From the NCBI GenBank assembly GCA_965208835.1, contig OZ242358.1:3104001-3168000 (forward strand): 64,000 nt of DNA. Reading direction: 5' to 3'. The notes below the pieces were generated by a model, which saw only the letters and a list, made by a program, of their open reading frames with translations, ran no database searches and was not told the origin of the DNA. The position numbers and the translations under genes were made by a program. Of this stretch, positions 24,968-34,827 are shown piece by piece. The stretch's first letter is position 1. Every line of letters begins with the position of its first letter. Source of the stretch: Candidatus Latescibacterota bacterium. Its GTDB lineage: Bacteria > Latescibacterota > UBA2968 > GCA-2709665.

Positions 24968-27900
24968 CTACCGCTTCAACACGTACAGCACCCCATCGCC
25001 GGATGCCGCCGCAATCTCCGGAATGCCGTCGCCGTCCACGTCCGCGGCGACCATCGTCGACAACGCCCCGCCGGTCTTGAAACGGGCCAGCGTCCGTCCG
25101 TCGCCGTTGGCGAGCAGATGCACGACGCCGTCCTCGGTCCCCGCGGCAACCTCGGGTCTGCCGTCGCCGTTGAAATCGCCCACCGAAATACAACGCACGA
25201 CATCTCCGAGATCCGCTCGCCAGACAACGGTCCGACCGTCGCCCTTTATCACGTATACGTTGAAACTCATCGAAGACGCCACCACCTCGTCCTGCCCGTC
25301 GCCATCCATATCGGTGGTGACGACCTGCGTCACCTCATCCCCCGTATTGAACTGCCAAAGGAGCCTTCCGTCCGCGCCCAGGGTGTGAATATGGGTATCC
25401 GCCCCGGCGAAGACCACTTCCTTCATGCCGTCACCATCCAGGTCGCCCGCCGCGGTGGAATTGGTTCTCGGACCGGTCCTGGGATGGTAGGACCACCGGA
25501 TCGCGCCACTGCCGTCAATACAGTGCCAGCGGTGGTATTCCGTTCCGGCAATCACCTCGTCCCTGCCGTCGCCGTCGATGTCCGCCGCGCAGCCGTGGGT
25601 GGATGAGTGTACGGTCATCTGATACCACATCAGCTTTCCATTGTGGGTGAACGCATAGTAACGCCATGACTCGGCTCCAGCGATCACCTCCAGCTTGCCG
25701 TCCCCGTTGATATCTCCGGCAAATACGGTTTTCAGCATTGGCTTTCGGTAGTAAAGAGGGATTTCATAGTCCCACTTCACCTTTCCGACTGCGCTGAGTA
25801 CGTAGACCTTCGTATCCGCGGACCCGGCGATCACCCGGGGCCTTCCATCTCCCGCCAGATCCGCGGCCCACACGGATCTCACCTCGCCCCCTGTGCGGAA
25901 CCGCCAGAGCGCCGCACCGTCGCGCAGCGCGCAGACCGACCCGCCCCGGCCGCCCGCGACCAGCACATCCGATCCGTCCAGCATCAGGTCTGCCGCGTAC
26001 AGCGAGAGAAAAGGACCCTCCTCGGCAAAAGTCCAAAGCGTCTTCAACCGACCGGCACGGCCCCGACCCGGGCGGATCAATGCAGGCTGCGCCACATTCG
26101 AACGCACCGTGGCAGCGGCCGCCCTGCGCAGAGACATCACCGCGTCCGGCACGACGCGGAATCGATGTTCGCCCCTGGGCATCGTAAAGGAAACCATGCC
26201 GTCGGTGACGGATGCCTCCACGGGTTTGCCGTCGACCGCGACGCCCGGTCGACCGTCCGACCACAGGCACAACCTCGTGCCCCGCCCCGCTGTGGCACGC
26301 CCCTCACCACGGACCAGATCGTACTCCACTGACACCGGCAGGTCCGAACGCAACTCAATGCCGCCCCAGGCGACCCGCGTGCCGTCCACGACCGCGAACC
26401 GGGATGGAGAGACCATAAACTGCGCCGCGGCCACGGTGGGACCGCCGGGAATCTCGACGGGAACTTCGGTTTCCCCCACCCCGGCATAGACGACCTCCTC
26501 GCCTCCGTCGACCCGGACAGCCCCTTCCGACAGCCGCGTCAACGTCAGATTCCGTGTCGCCGGTTCACCGCCGCAATAGAGAAGGTTGAAGAACCGGTAT
26601 GTTTCGCGAGTCTTCAGACGTACGTCCACAATCTGCTGAAGGATCCGTACCACCGGCTCCGCGTACGGATAGTCCGTCCAGTTCCTGCCCGTTTCCTCGT
26701 CGTCCTCAAGTTTCAGGGACGGTCCCTTCAATCCCTGAAAAAAGAACCGCTCCCCGTCCTGCTCCACCTGCAGGCCGCCGCCGCGCAAAGCAACGTTGCC
26801 CAGCGTCTGCCAGATCGCTCTGAAACCGAAATCGTCTTCCGACAGTGCTTCCATCTCATCGATGACAAGAAAGAACCGGCCCCGGTTCCACAGGATGTTC
26901 CGGTGCCAGTCCACGCCGCTGTAGTTGCGCAGCGTGGTCTCTGAAAAGCCCGACCTGTCAAAGTTCGCGGCGCGCTCAAGCTCCGCGAACGGCGGGATTT
27001 CGGCGGACTGTCCGTTCCTGAAAACCAGCACGCCGTTGTGAAACTTGGGCAGCGACTTGATATAGTCGCAGTCGGCCAGCCAGATCCGCCGCCGCTGCGT
27101 AATGCGGGATATCGAATTCCCGTCGTAGTGTTTGTGACCTCCGTTCGAGAGCCCGTCCAGAAACAGATACTGCGCCATGGGATCGTACCCGTCCCGGAAC
27201 ACCACCTTGTCGAAGGTCCTTTTCAGTGGCAGATGGTCTTTCCCCTGATTCGACGCGTAATACAGCGGATCCACCGGGAACACCTGCGTACCGTCCAGAT
27301 CCGCCGGCTCGACCGGGCTTACCCGTCTGTGGTATTCGTAAGCCGCGAACTGAGGCTCCACGGCCGTCTTCTTATCGAGCATCCACTGATAGCGCCCGTC
27401 GCCCAGCACAAAAACGGCAGCCCGCAGATAGGGCAGTTCGCTCCACCAACCGAAAGGCGAGGCATTGTCTCCGTAGGGTAGCGCATATCCCAGATTGTCG
27501 GTTGTCAGGACGGCGTAGTCCGCCGCTTTCCGGGCGCACCCGTTCTCGAAGAAATCCATTTCTCCGCTGGAGAGCGAATACCTGGTCAGATGGTAATGAG
27601 TCAGCCACTGGTACCCGCTGCAATCTTCGTGTGGCTTGAACGCCTTCGCCTGAAACCGGAAACACGCTTCGGACAGCGCCAGCCAGGCGTCCGCTTCCGG
27701 CAATCCGTAATACTTGCTGAAATACGTGCCCGCGTAGTGCAGCCCCAATGCGGCAAACGTGGTGTGGTTGTGCCTCACGTGGGGAATCTTCATATCGCCC
27801 ACGTGGGACACGCAGTCGCTGATGAACTCGAACAGGATCCGGGTGATCCGCAGCCGGTCGTCGTCGGAGATCACCGGGCTCTCCTCTACGAGGTCCCAGC

Positions 27901-28666
27901 CCGGCATCACCTTATGCAGCGCAAAATCCGCGTCGAATCCCCAGATGCCTCCGTAGTTGTCAGGATCGGACATCGCGTGCGCGTACATCCGGTACACGAG
28001 ACGCTTGTAGAGCTCGGCGTAGGCGTCTTTTCCCGTGAGCCCGTACAACAACCCCCGTTCGCCTATCCTGCCCCACAGGCCCGTGTGTTCGCCTCGGCGC
28101 AACGCCTCCTCCGCGGCCTCCATCTCCGAATCCACATCCGGATCGCCTTCGAGCTTTGGGATCTGCAATGCGTCAGGCCCGAACCGGACCTCGAAGAGAG
28201 GACCGGTCGAAAGCGTTTCATCCTCCGCAAATTTCCGCAGGAACACGCCGACCGCCGCACGGACGCCCTCCACATCGCTTCCGAACAGACCCACCGCGTT
28301 CTTTCCGTTCCCCCAAGGGTCGTGAATCGTCTGAACGAGATATCCACCGCGCCCCGGATACAGGTCATCCGCCGGGGTATAGTTGTATCCGTAGAGACGG
28401 AAGACCACGCGGTTCGTATTCACGTTCCCGAGCAGAACGAGGTGCCGGTCCGGCTGCGTTTTCGCGTCCACGTCCGACACCAGGGGAATATCCGCGCCCG
28501 AAAGCTCACGGATCGCTGCCGCCAGTTCCGAAGCCAGTTCCCGGTAGCGCGGGTCGTCGGGGCATACGATGGCCGACGCGGGTCTGCCGCGGTCCACCAG
28601 CACCGTGTCCGGGTAGCGTCTCTTCGGCTTTTTCAACTTCCGGAGGGACCCTTTCGTATCCGGCAT
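24968..28666 (-). CDS. Large heparinase II/III-like (polysaccharide lyase) protein with C-terminal FG-GAP beta-propeller repeats
   Basis: HNHTTF and GHKHYDGNSI...HNGV lyase-like motifs; multiple D(I/L)DGDG..E FG-GAP repeats. Confidence 0.7.
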   Translation of the reverse strand: MPDTKGSLRKLKKPKRRYPDTVLVDRGRPASAIVCPDDPRYRELASELAAAIRELSGADIPLVSDVDAKTQPDRHLVLLGNVNTNRVVFRLYGYNYTPADDLYPGRGGYLVQTIHDPWGNGKNAVGLFGSDVEGVRAAVGVFLRKFAEDETLSTGPLFEVRFGPDALQIPKLEGDPDVDSEMEAAEEALRRGEHTGLWGRIGERGLLYGLTGKDAYAELYKRLVYRMYAHAMSDPDNYGGIWGFDADFALHKVMPGWDLVEESPVISDDDRLRITRILFEFISDCVSHVGDMKIPHVRHNHTTFAALGLHYAGTYFSKYYGLPEADAWLALSEACFRFQAKAFKPHEDCSGYQWLTHYHLTRYSLSSGEMDFFENGCARKAADYAVLTTDNLGYALPYGDNASPFGWWSELPYLRAAVFVLGDGRYQWMLDKKTAVEPQFAAYEYHRRVSPVEPADLDGTQVFPVDPLYYASNQGKDHLPLKRTFDKVVFRDGYDPMAQYLFLDGLSNGGHKHYDGNSISRITQRRRIWLADCDYIKSLPKFHNGVLVFRNGQSAEIPPFAELERAANFDRSGFSETTLRNYSGVDWHRNILWNRGRFFLVIDEMEALSEDDFGFRAIWQTLGNVALRGGGLQVEQDGERFFFQGLKGPSLKLEDDEETGRNWTDYPYAEPVVRILQQIVDVRLKTRETYRFFNLLYCGGEPATRNLTLTRLSEGAVRVDGGEEVVYAGVGETEVPVEIPGGPTVAAAQFMVSPSRFAVVDGTRVAWGGIELRSDLPVSVEYDLVRGEGRATAGRGTRLCLWSDGRPGVAVDGKPVEASVTDGMVSFTMPRGEHRFRVVPDAVMSLRRAAAATVRSNVAQPALIRPGRGRAGRLKTLWTFAEEGPFLSLYAADLMLDGSDVLVAGGRGGSVCALRDGAALWRFRTGGEVRSVWAADLAGDGRPRVIAGSADTKVYVLSAVGKVKWDYEIPLYYRKPMLKTVFAGDINGDGKLEVIAGAESWRYYAFTHNGKLMWYQMTVHSSTHGCAADIDGDGRDEVIAGTEYHRWHCIDGSGAIRWSYHPRTGPRTNSTAAGDLDGDGMKEVVFAGADTHIHTLGADGRLLWQFNTGDEVTQVVTTDMDGDGQDEVVASSMSFNVYVIKGDGRTVVWRADLGDVVRCISVGDFNGDGRPEVAAGTEDGVVHLLANGDGRTLARFKTGGALSTMVAADVDGDGIPEIAAASGDGVLYVLKR

Positions 28667-28795
28667 GGGTTCGTCCTTTCAAATCCGTCGTTTATCGCTA
28701 CATGCGCCGGATCCTGTTCATCCGCCGCGAATTCGGCCGGGTGGCCTGTTCCGGAAACAGATTGACGAATGGTGACATATATCCCGATACGGACA

Positions 28796-29491
28796 CTATA
28801 TTTCCACGAACTTTTCAAACAGGAACAGCCCGATCAGCAGAAAGGCCAGGCCGGAGAGAACCGAATAGACCATCAGTGCCGGTCCGGTCGCAAGATTCCC
28901 CTGCAGACCGTACACGAAATAACCCGCCAATGTCAGATAGATGATTACGCACAAGACAAACGAAGCGGCCGTCGCGAGACCTCTCAGGCGCGCGGCCGTG
29001 TACCGGGCGCCCTCGACGGCCGCTACGACACCAAGGGACAGGACCGCGTAGGATACCAGGAATCCCGCGGTGTATCCGGAAACCGACGCCGGCGTGACCC
29101 CGAAAAAAACCAGAATCTGAGATACCTCATCCCCCGGGTCGCGCGCCACGACGGCATAGACGCCTGCACCGGCAATCGCGAACAGCAGGAGGCCGATGCT
29201 CAGAATCGCGGCAAATTTGCTCAGACACACAACTGCTGCACGGATGGGGAGCGCGAACAGCAGATGGGTTGTATTGCTTCGCCATTCCCCATTGATCGAA
29301 GAAGCCAGCAGGAATGGCAGGACAAACATGATCGCCCAGAGGGGCAACGCCGAAAGAAACAGGGCGATCACGTGTGTTTCAACGGACAGGAGGACCCATG
29401 CCTGCAGCACCAGGGTACCGATGGCAAGGATGCAGGAAAGATTCCTCACGTCCTTTAACTCCTTTAAATACAGAGTAATAACCATCTTCAT
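28796..29491 (-). CDS. ABC-2 type transporter permease
   Basis: LYLKELK N-terminus, EWRSNT.HLLFALP...SK motif, about 6 TM segments. Confidence 0.8.
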   Translation of the reverse strand: MKMVITLYLKELKDVRNLSCILAIGTLVLQAWVLLSVETHVIALFLSALPLWAIMFVLPFLLASSINGEWRSNTTHLLFALPIRAAVVCLSKFAAILSIGLLLFAIAGAGVYAVVARDPGDEVSQILVFFGVTPASVSGYTAGFLVSYAVLSLGVVAAVEGARYTAARLRGLATAASFVLCVIIYLTLAGYFVYGLQGNLATGPALMVYSVLSGLAFLLIGLFLFEKFVEI

Positions 29492-29509
29492 GCGCCGTTT
29501 CCCCTCGCG

Positions 29510-30199
29510 TCAGGCAACCGCCGTTTCGAAGATCTCAGATAGAGACTTCCCGTGTTCCTGTTGCAACTCGTCCGACCGACCCGAGATATACACTTCACCG
29601 TCCCGAAGAAACAGCACATCTTCGATAAATGGATCCACTTCGGATACAAGGTGGGTTGAAATCAACACCGTCTGTTCCGGATGCCGAAACTCGTTGAAGA
29701 GAACGTCCAGTATGCGCCTGCGTGACGGCGGATCGATACCCCCGAGGGGTTCGTCCATCATCACCACTGCCGGGGACCAGGAGAATGCGGAGACCACCTT
29801 CAGCCTTGCTCGCTGTCCTCTCGAGAGGGCGCCCACCTTCCGGTCTTCCGGCAGATTCATGAATTCCAGCAGCCGCCGCGACCGTACCTGATCCCACGTG
29901 GCGTGGAAGGCAGAGAGGAAGGCCAGCTGTTCTCCCACCTTCATCCGGGAATAGAACGGATCGATCTCAGGCAGATAGGACACCACCGCCCTTGTGGCGA
30001 ACCCCGTCGGTACCTCGCCGATCCGCGCCCGGCCTCGTGTGGGCCGCGTGACGCCGGCGAGAATCCGGAACAACGTACTCTTTCCGCTTCCATTTTCTCC
30101 CAGCACACCCATCACCCTGCCGCGTGCCACATTCAGCGACACGCCCCTGAGCGCCCACGCACCCGGGTATTTCTTCCACAAGTCTTCGACGTAAACCAT
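29510..30199 (-). CDS. ABC transporter ATP-binding protein
   Basis: GENGSGKST, LSRGQ, MMDEP, ISTH. Confidence 0.93.
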   Translation of the reverse strand: MVYVEDLWKKYPGAWALRGVSLNVARGRVMGVLGENGSGKSTLFRILAGVTRPTRGRARIGEVPTGFATRAVVSYLPEIDPFYSRMKVGEQLAFLSAFHATWDQVRSRRLLEFMNLPEDRKVGALSRGQRARLKVVSAFSWSPAVVMMDEPLGGIDPPSRRRILDVLFNEFRHPEQTVLISTHLVSEVDPFIEDVLFLRDGEVYISGRSDELQQEHGKSLSEIFETAVA

Positions 30200-30219
30200 C
30201 CGTGAACAATCCCGAATAG

Positions 30220-30257
30220 AAAAACGGCCGCCCCGGTACCCAATCCAGAAGCGGCCG
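30220..30257 (-). terminator. Probable terminator downstream of ferritin
   Basis: CGGCCGC...GCGGCCG stem followed on the minus strand by TTTTT. Confidence 0.45.
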
Positions 30258-30304
30258 AATTCAGATCGCCACCCGAGAAGCTGTTCCTGAACTCCCAGGC
30301 GGAT

Positions 30305-30784
30305 TCAGCGCATATCGCGATCGATCAGGAACAGCCCGTATCGATCGTCACCCACCAGTTCCAGCTTCTTCACGATAGCGCGAAGCCGGGCTTCCTCCTC
30401 CACCTGTTCGTTCACGAACCACTGCAGGAACGTATTGGTCGCATGGGCACGATTTTTCATGGCCAGATCGACCAGATCGTTGATCCGCCCGCTGGATTCC
30501 TGTTCCCGCCGGTATGCCTCCGAAATCGCGTCCAGCGGCGAACGCCAGTCCGCAGGTGGTTTGGAAATCGACTTGAACCCGACCGGCGCCTCCCGTTCGT
30601 GCAGAAATTCGTAGATCTTCATTGCATGCGCCATCTCGCGCGTGGCCTGCTTTTCCATCCACCTGGCAAATCCGCTCAGATTGACCGACTTGAAATAGGA
30701 GGACATGGCCAGGTAGGTATACCAGGCGAGGAATTCACTGTTGATCTGTTCGTTCAGAGCGGACTGAATCTCTTTGCTAAACAT
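30305..30784 (-). CDS. ftnA: Non-heme ferritin
   Basis: LNEQINSEF...YLAMS, E..HAMK, FLQWFVNEQVEEE; ATG at 30784. Confidence 0.92.
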   Translation of the reverse strand: MFSKEIQSALNEQINSEFLAWYTYLAMSSYFKSVNLSGFARWMEKQATREMAHAMKIYEFLHEREAPVGFKSISKPPADWRSPLDAISEAYRREQESSGRINDLVDLAMKNRAHATNTFLQWFVNEQVEEEARLRAIVKKLELVGDDRYGLFLIDRDMR

Positions 30785-30915
30785 CAGCTCCCCCACTGTC
30801 TTTTCCGGAGACGTACCCGTGCTCCCGTTTCTCAATGAGTACACGGCTGCCAACGGCGGACCCGAGTACGTACCGGAATGTAGATTCGACACGTAAATCG
30901 CTGCGCCCCAAGTGC

Positions 30916-31269
30916 CTATTGGGGCTGAGGAACCTTGCAGCAATCCGGCAGATTGGCGTAGACCGCGCTGTCGGCAGCCGCCTGATTCGCCTGATAACCC
31001 GCCCCGGTGATTGCCTGTTCCAAAGCCGCCACATCGGTACGCGACGCATCGTAGGTCACGCTGACAACCTTGACGTCCATGTCGACGGCGACCTCCGATA
31101 CGCCGTCCACTTTCTTCAATGCCTTTTCTATATTATTCGCGCACATCATGCACTGCGCCGTGGGGACGTTGATTCTGGTCGTACGGGTCTCGGCCGTGGA
31201 ACAGCCGGAGACGGCGAAGAGGGAGAACACGAACACGCTGGACAGCAGTAAAGAAACGGATTTGCGCAT
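30916..31269 (-). CDS. Heavy-metal-associated (HMA, CopZ/MerP-like) lipoprotein
   Basis: Lipobox VSGC, CMMC metal motif, YANLPDCCK tail. Confidence 0.88.
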   Translation of the reverse strand: MRKSVSLLLSSVFVFSLFAVSGCSTAETRTTRINVPTAQCMMCANNIEKALKKVDGVSEVAVDMDVKVVSVTYDASRTDVAALEQAITGAGYQANQAAADSAVYANLPDCCKVPQPQ

Positions 31270-31360
31270 GGATCTATCTCCTCTGGAGAAAGGGAAGGAT
31301 TACAGCCTTCCCGGACCGTGATGCATGCAACAACGAATATATGACAACACCTGTATATAA

Positions 31361-34300
31361 TCAACTCTCATGTTTCAGCGATCGGCCTTTCCACAATGCA
31401 TAGACGGCGGGAATCACAATCAGCGTCAGCACCGCGGACGAAGCGACGCCGCCCACCATCGGCGCCGCGATGCGCTTCATCGTCTGCGACCCGATGCCGT
31501 GACCCCACATGATGGGAAGCAACGCCAGCAGCGTGGTGAGCACAGTCATCATTTTAGGCCTGACGCGCTCCACGGCGCCGGCCATGACCGCCATTCTCAG
31601 GTCTGAAGTACTCATCTCGCCTCCCCGCGCCTTGCGGATGCGATCGTACGCGTGATCAAGGTAGACCAGCATGACCACACCTGTCTCGGCCGCGAGACCG
31701 CCCAGCGCGATGAATCCGACGCCAACCGCAACGCTCATGTTGTAGTCAAGCAGGTACATCAACCAGATCCCGCCCACCATCGCGAACGGCAGAGACAGCA
31801 TAACAAGAAGGCTCTCTGTAATACTCCTGAAGTTGAGATACAACAACAGGAATATGATTCCAAGGGTGAGAGGCACGACCAGTTTCAGGCGCTCTTCCGC
31901 CCTCTGCATATACTCGTATTGGCCACTCCAGGTTACCGAATAGCCAGGCGGCATCGACACTTTCTCCAGCACAGCCTGTTGCGCGCGCTTCACGTAGGTG
32001 CCCACGTCGATGCCCTGGATATCCACGTACACCCATGCGTTCAGGCGCGCATTCTCGCTCTTGATCCCCGGCGGCCCTTTTCTGATCCGAATGTCCGCGA
32101 GCTGCTGAATGGGAATCTGGGCGCCGGTGGGCGTGGGCACCAGCACCCGGCGCAGCGCCGGCAGGTTGTCACGCAATTCCCTGTCGTAGCGCAGATTAAC
32201 AGGATAGCGTTCGAGACCTTCGACGGTTGTCGTTACATTCATGCCCCCGACGGCAAACATAATCACGTCCTGTACATCCCCCACCGTCAACCCATATCGC
32301 GCAGCCTCCTCACGGTCGATCTCGAAGTCCAGGTAGTTTCCGCCCACAACGCGTTCGGCAAACACGCTCAGAGTACCCGGCAGATCGCGGATCACCCCTT
32401 CGATCTGTTCGCCCAGGCGCTGCAAAACCTCCAGATCCTCGCCCGCGACTTTCACCCCGACCGGGGTCTTGATCCCGGTCGAAAGCATATCGATTCTTGT
32501 CTTGATGGGCATCGTCCACGAGTTGGTCAGGCCGGGGAACTGGATCGCCCGATTCAATCGTTCGATCAGCTTTTCGGGTGTCATCCCCGGACGCCATTCG
32601 CTCTCCGGCTTCAACGTGATCGTGGTCTCGATCATCGCAAGCGGCGCCGGATCGGTTGCGGTCTCGGCGCGCCCGATTTTTCCGAAGACGTCCTGAACTT
32701 CCGGAAACGCCTTGATGATCTTGTCCGTCTGTTGCAGCAATTCACGCGCCCGGGTCACCGAGATTCCCGGCAGCGTGGTGGGCATATAGAGAAGGTCTCC
32801 TTCGTAAAGGGGCGGCATGAATTCTGAACCGATCTTCTCCAGCGGAAACAGGCGATCCAGCCTCAGAAGCGCGCGATACGCAACACTGCGCGGCGCATCC
32901 GAAAACCGGTCGAGCACCGTGCTCCGGAATGGAAAGAGCGTTACGAACATGACAGCCACCGCCAGGACAACCGTGGCGACCCGGTGTTTTAAGACCCAGT
33001 CGATTACCGGTCGGTAGGTCCAGATGAAGAACCGGCTGCTCGGGTTTCGCGTCTCCGGCCGGATTCGGCCGCGGACAAAAAAGCTCACCAGCACCGGTAC
33101 GAGCGTGACGGCCAGCAACGCCGCGCCGGCCATGGCGTACGTCTTCGTATAGGCCAGCGGCCTGAACAGGCGGCCCTCCTGCGCCTGAAGCGTGAACACC
33201 GGAAGGAAAGAGACCGTTATCATCAGAAGCGAATAGAACAGTGCCGGTCCCACCTCCTTCGACGCGCTGGCCACGATCTCGAGATGGCCCCGCCCTCCGT
33301 TGTCCTGCTCCAGGTGTTTGTGGGCGTTCTCGATCATCACGATCGACGCGTCGACCATAGCCCCGATGGCCACCGCGATCCCGCCCAGCGACATGATGTT
33401 GGAGCTCACTTCCTGTGTATACATCAGGCCGAAGGAAATCAGAACACCGGTAGACAGCGCGAATATCGCCACGAACGCGCTGCGAAAGTGCAACAGAAAC
33501 AAAATGCAGACGAGCGCGACCACCGCCATTTCCTCAACCAGCTTGTTTCGAAGATTGTCGATGGCGCTGCGTATGAGCGTGGACCGGTCATAGGCCGTCT
33601 TGATTTCAACGCCGTCGGGCAGGCCGGGCTTGAGCGACTCGATCTTCTCTTTGACCCGATCGATCACAGCCAGCGCGTTTTCACCGTAACGCATCACGAC
33701 GATTCCACCCACGACCTCGCCCTCGCCGTTCCATTCCGCCAGGCCCCGTCGAAGCTCGGGACCCACCTGCACGGTGGCGATATCACCAACCCTGACCGGC
33801 GTACCCCTTGAGTCGACCCCCACTGCCACATTGCGAATGTCATCCGTGGAACGCAGATACCCCAGCCCGCGGACCATAAACTCGGTTTCCCCGAATTCCA
33901 CGATGCGCCCGCCCACGTCGTTGTTGCTCCGCCGGATTGCCGTCCGGACCTTCTGCAACGGAATGTTGTAAGCCAGCAGGCGGTTGGGATCCACGGTTAC
34001 CTGGTACTGCTTCACGTACCCGCCCACTGCCGCCACCTCGGCGACTCCCTGCACGCTGCTGAGTTCGTAACGCAGATACCAGTCCTGGATGGACCGCAAC
34101 TCCGAAAGATCGTGGCCCCCCGTGCTGTCCACCAGCACGTATTCGTACACCCATCCGACCCCCGTGGCATCCGGTCCGAGCCGCGGCGAGACACCCGGGG
34201 GCAGCCGGTTCGAAACGGTGTCCAGCGCCTCCAGGACCCGGCTTCGGGCCCAGTAGATATCCGTACCATCCTCGAAGATCACGTAGACGAACGACAACCC

Positions 34301-34564
34301 GAAGAAAGAATATCCCCGCACAACGCCTGCCCGCGGAACGGCCAGCATCGCGGAAGTGAGCGGGTAGGTGACCTGGTCTTCTACCACGCGCGGCGCCTGT
34401 CCCTGAAAATCAGTCATGACGATCACCTGCACGTCCGACAGGTCCGGAATCGCGTCCAGGGGCGTATTCAACATCGCGTAGACGCCCCAGCCGATTGCAA
34501 AGATCGTGGCCATTATGACCAGGATACGGTTTCTGAGACTGAGTTCGATTATCTGACCAATCAT
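31361..34564 (-). CDS. cusA: CusA/CzcA heavy-metal RND efflux permease
   Basis: LDAIPDLSDVQV, GPDATGVGWVYEY, MPIKTRIDMLSTG, RVRPKMMT. Confidence 0.96.
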   Translation of the reverse strand: MIGQIIELSLRNRILVIMATIFAIGWGVYAMLNTPLDAIPDLSDVQVIVMTDFQGQAPRVVEDQVTYPLTSAMLAVPRAGVVRGYSFFGLSFVYVIFEDGTDIYWARSRVLEALDTVSNRLPPGVSPRLGPDATGVGWVYEYVLVDSTGGHDLSELRSIQDWYLRYELSSVQGVAEVAAVGGYVKQYQVTVDPNRLLAYNIPLQKVRTAIRRSNNDVGGRIVEFGETEFMVRGLGYLRSTDDIRNVAVGVDSRGTPVRVGDIATVQVGPELRRGLAEWNGEGEVVGGIVVMRYGENALAVIDRVKEKIESLKPGLPDGVEIKTAYDRSTLIRSAIDNLRNKLVEEMAVVALVCILFLLHFRSAFVAIFALSTGVLISFGLMYTQEVSSNIMSLGGIAVAIGAMVDASIVMIENAHKHLEQDNGGRGHLEIVASASKEVGPALFYSLLMITVSFLPVFTLQAQEGRLFRPLAYTKTYAMAGAALLAVTLVPVLVSFFVRGRIRPETRNPSSRFFIWTYRPVIDWVLKHRVATVVLAVAVMFVTLFPFRSTVLDRFSDAPRSVAYRALLRLDRLFPLEKIGSEFMPPLYEGDLLYMPTTLPGISVTRARELLQQTDKIIKAFPEVQDVFGKIGRAETATDPAPLAMIETTITLKPESEWRPGMTPEKLIERLNRAIQFPGLTNSWTMPIKTRIDMLSTGIKTPVGVKVAGEDLEVLQRLGEQIEGVIRDLPGTLSVFAERVVGGNYLDFEIDREEAARYGLTVGDVQDVIMFAVGGMNVTTTVEGLERYPVNLRYDRELRDNLPALRRVLVPTPTGAQIPIQQLADIRIRKGPPGIKSENARLNAWVYVDIQGIDVGTYVKRAQQAVLEKVSMPPGYSVTWSGQYEYMQRAEERLKLVVPLTLGIIFLLLYLNFRSITESLLVMLSLPFAMVGGIWLMYLLDYNMSVAVGVGFIALGGLAAETGVVMLVYLDHAYDRIRKARGGEMSTSDLRMAVMAGAVERVRPKMMTVLTTLLALLPIMWGHGIGSQTMKRIAAPMVGGVASSAVLTLIVIPAVYALWKGRSLKHES

Positions 34565-34827
34565 ACGAAGAACTCCTGCTGTTGTTCCTTTCGTGAGTCA
34601 GCTTGCCTGAATTCGGCCGACCGGAAGCAGTAAAGACAGCGATCAGCTCTCAGCAGTCAGCTTGAATCAAAATCTCGTTCGATTGACGTCAGCGCTGTGA
34701 GGAGTCGGGACCGGAACGGGCGCAATGCCGGAACTTTAACGAGCTCACCGCAAGAAGCACAGACAGCGCAGGCAACACAGCGGTACGGAACGACTCGCCG
34801 TGAAAATGGTGACGATCGTCAGGGACT

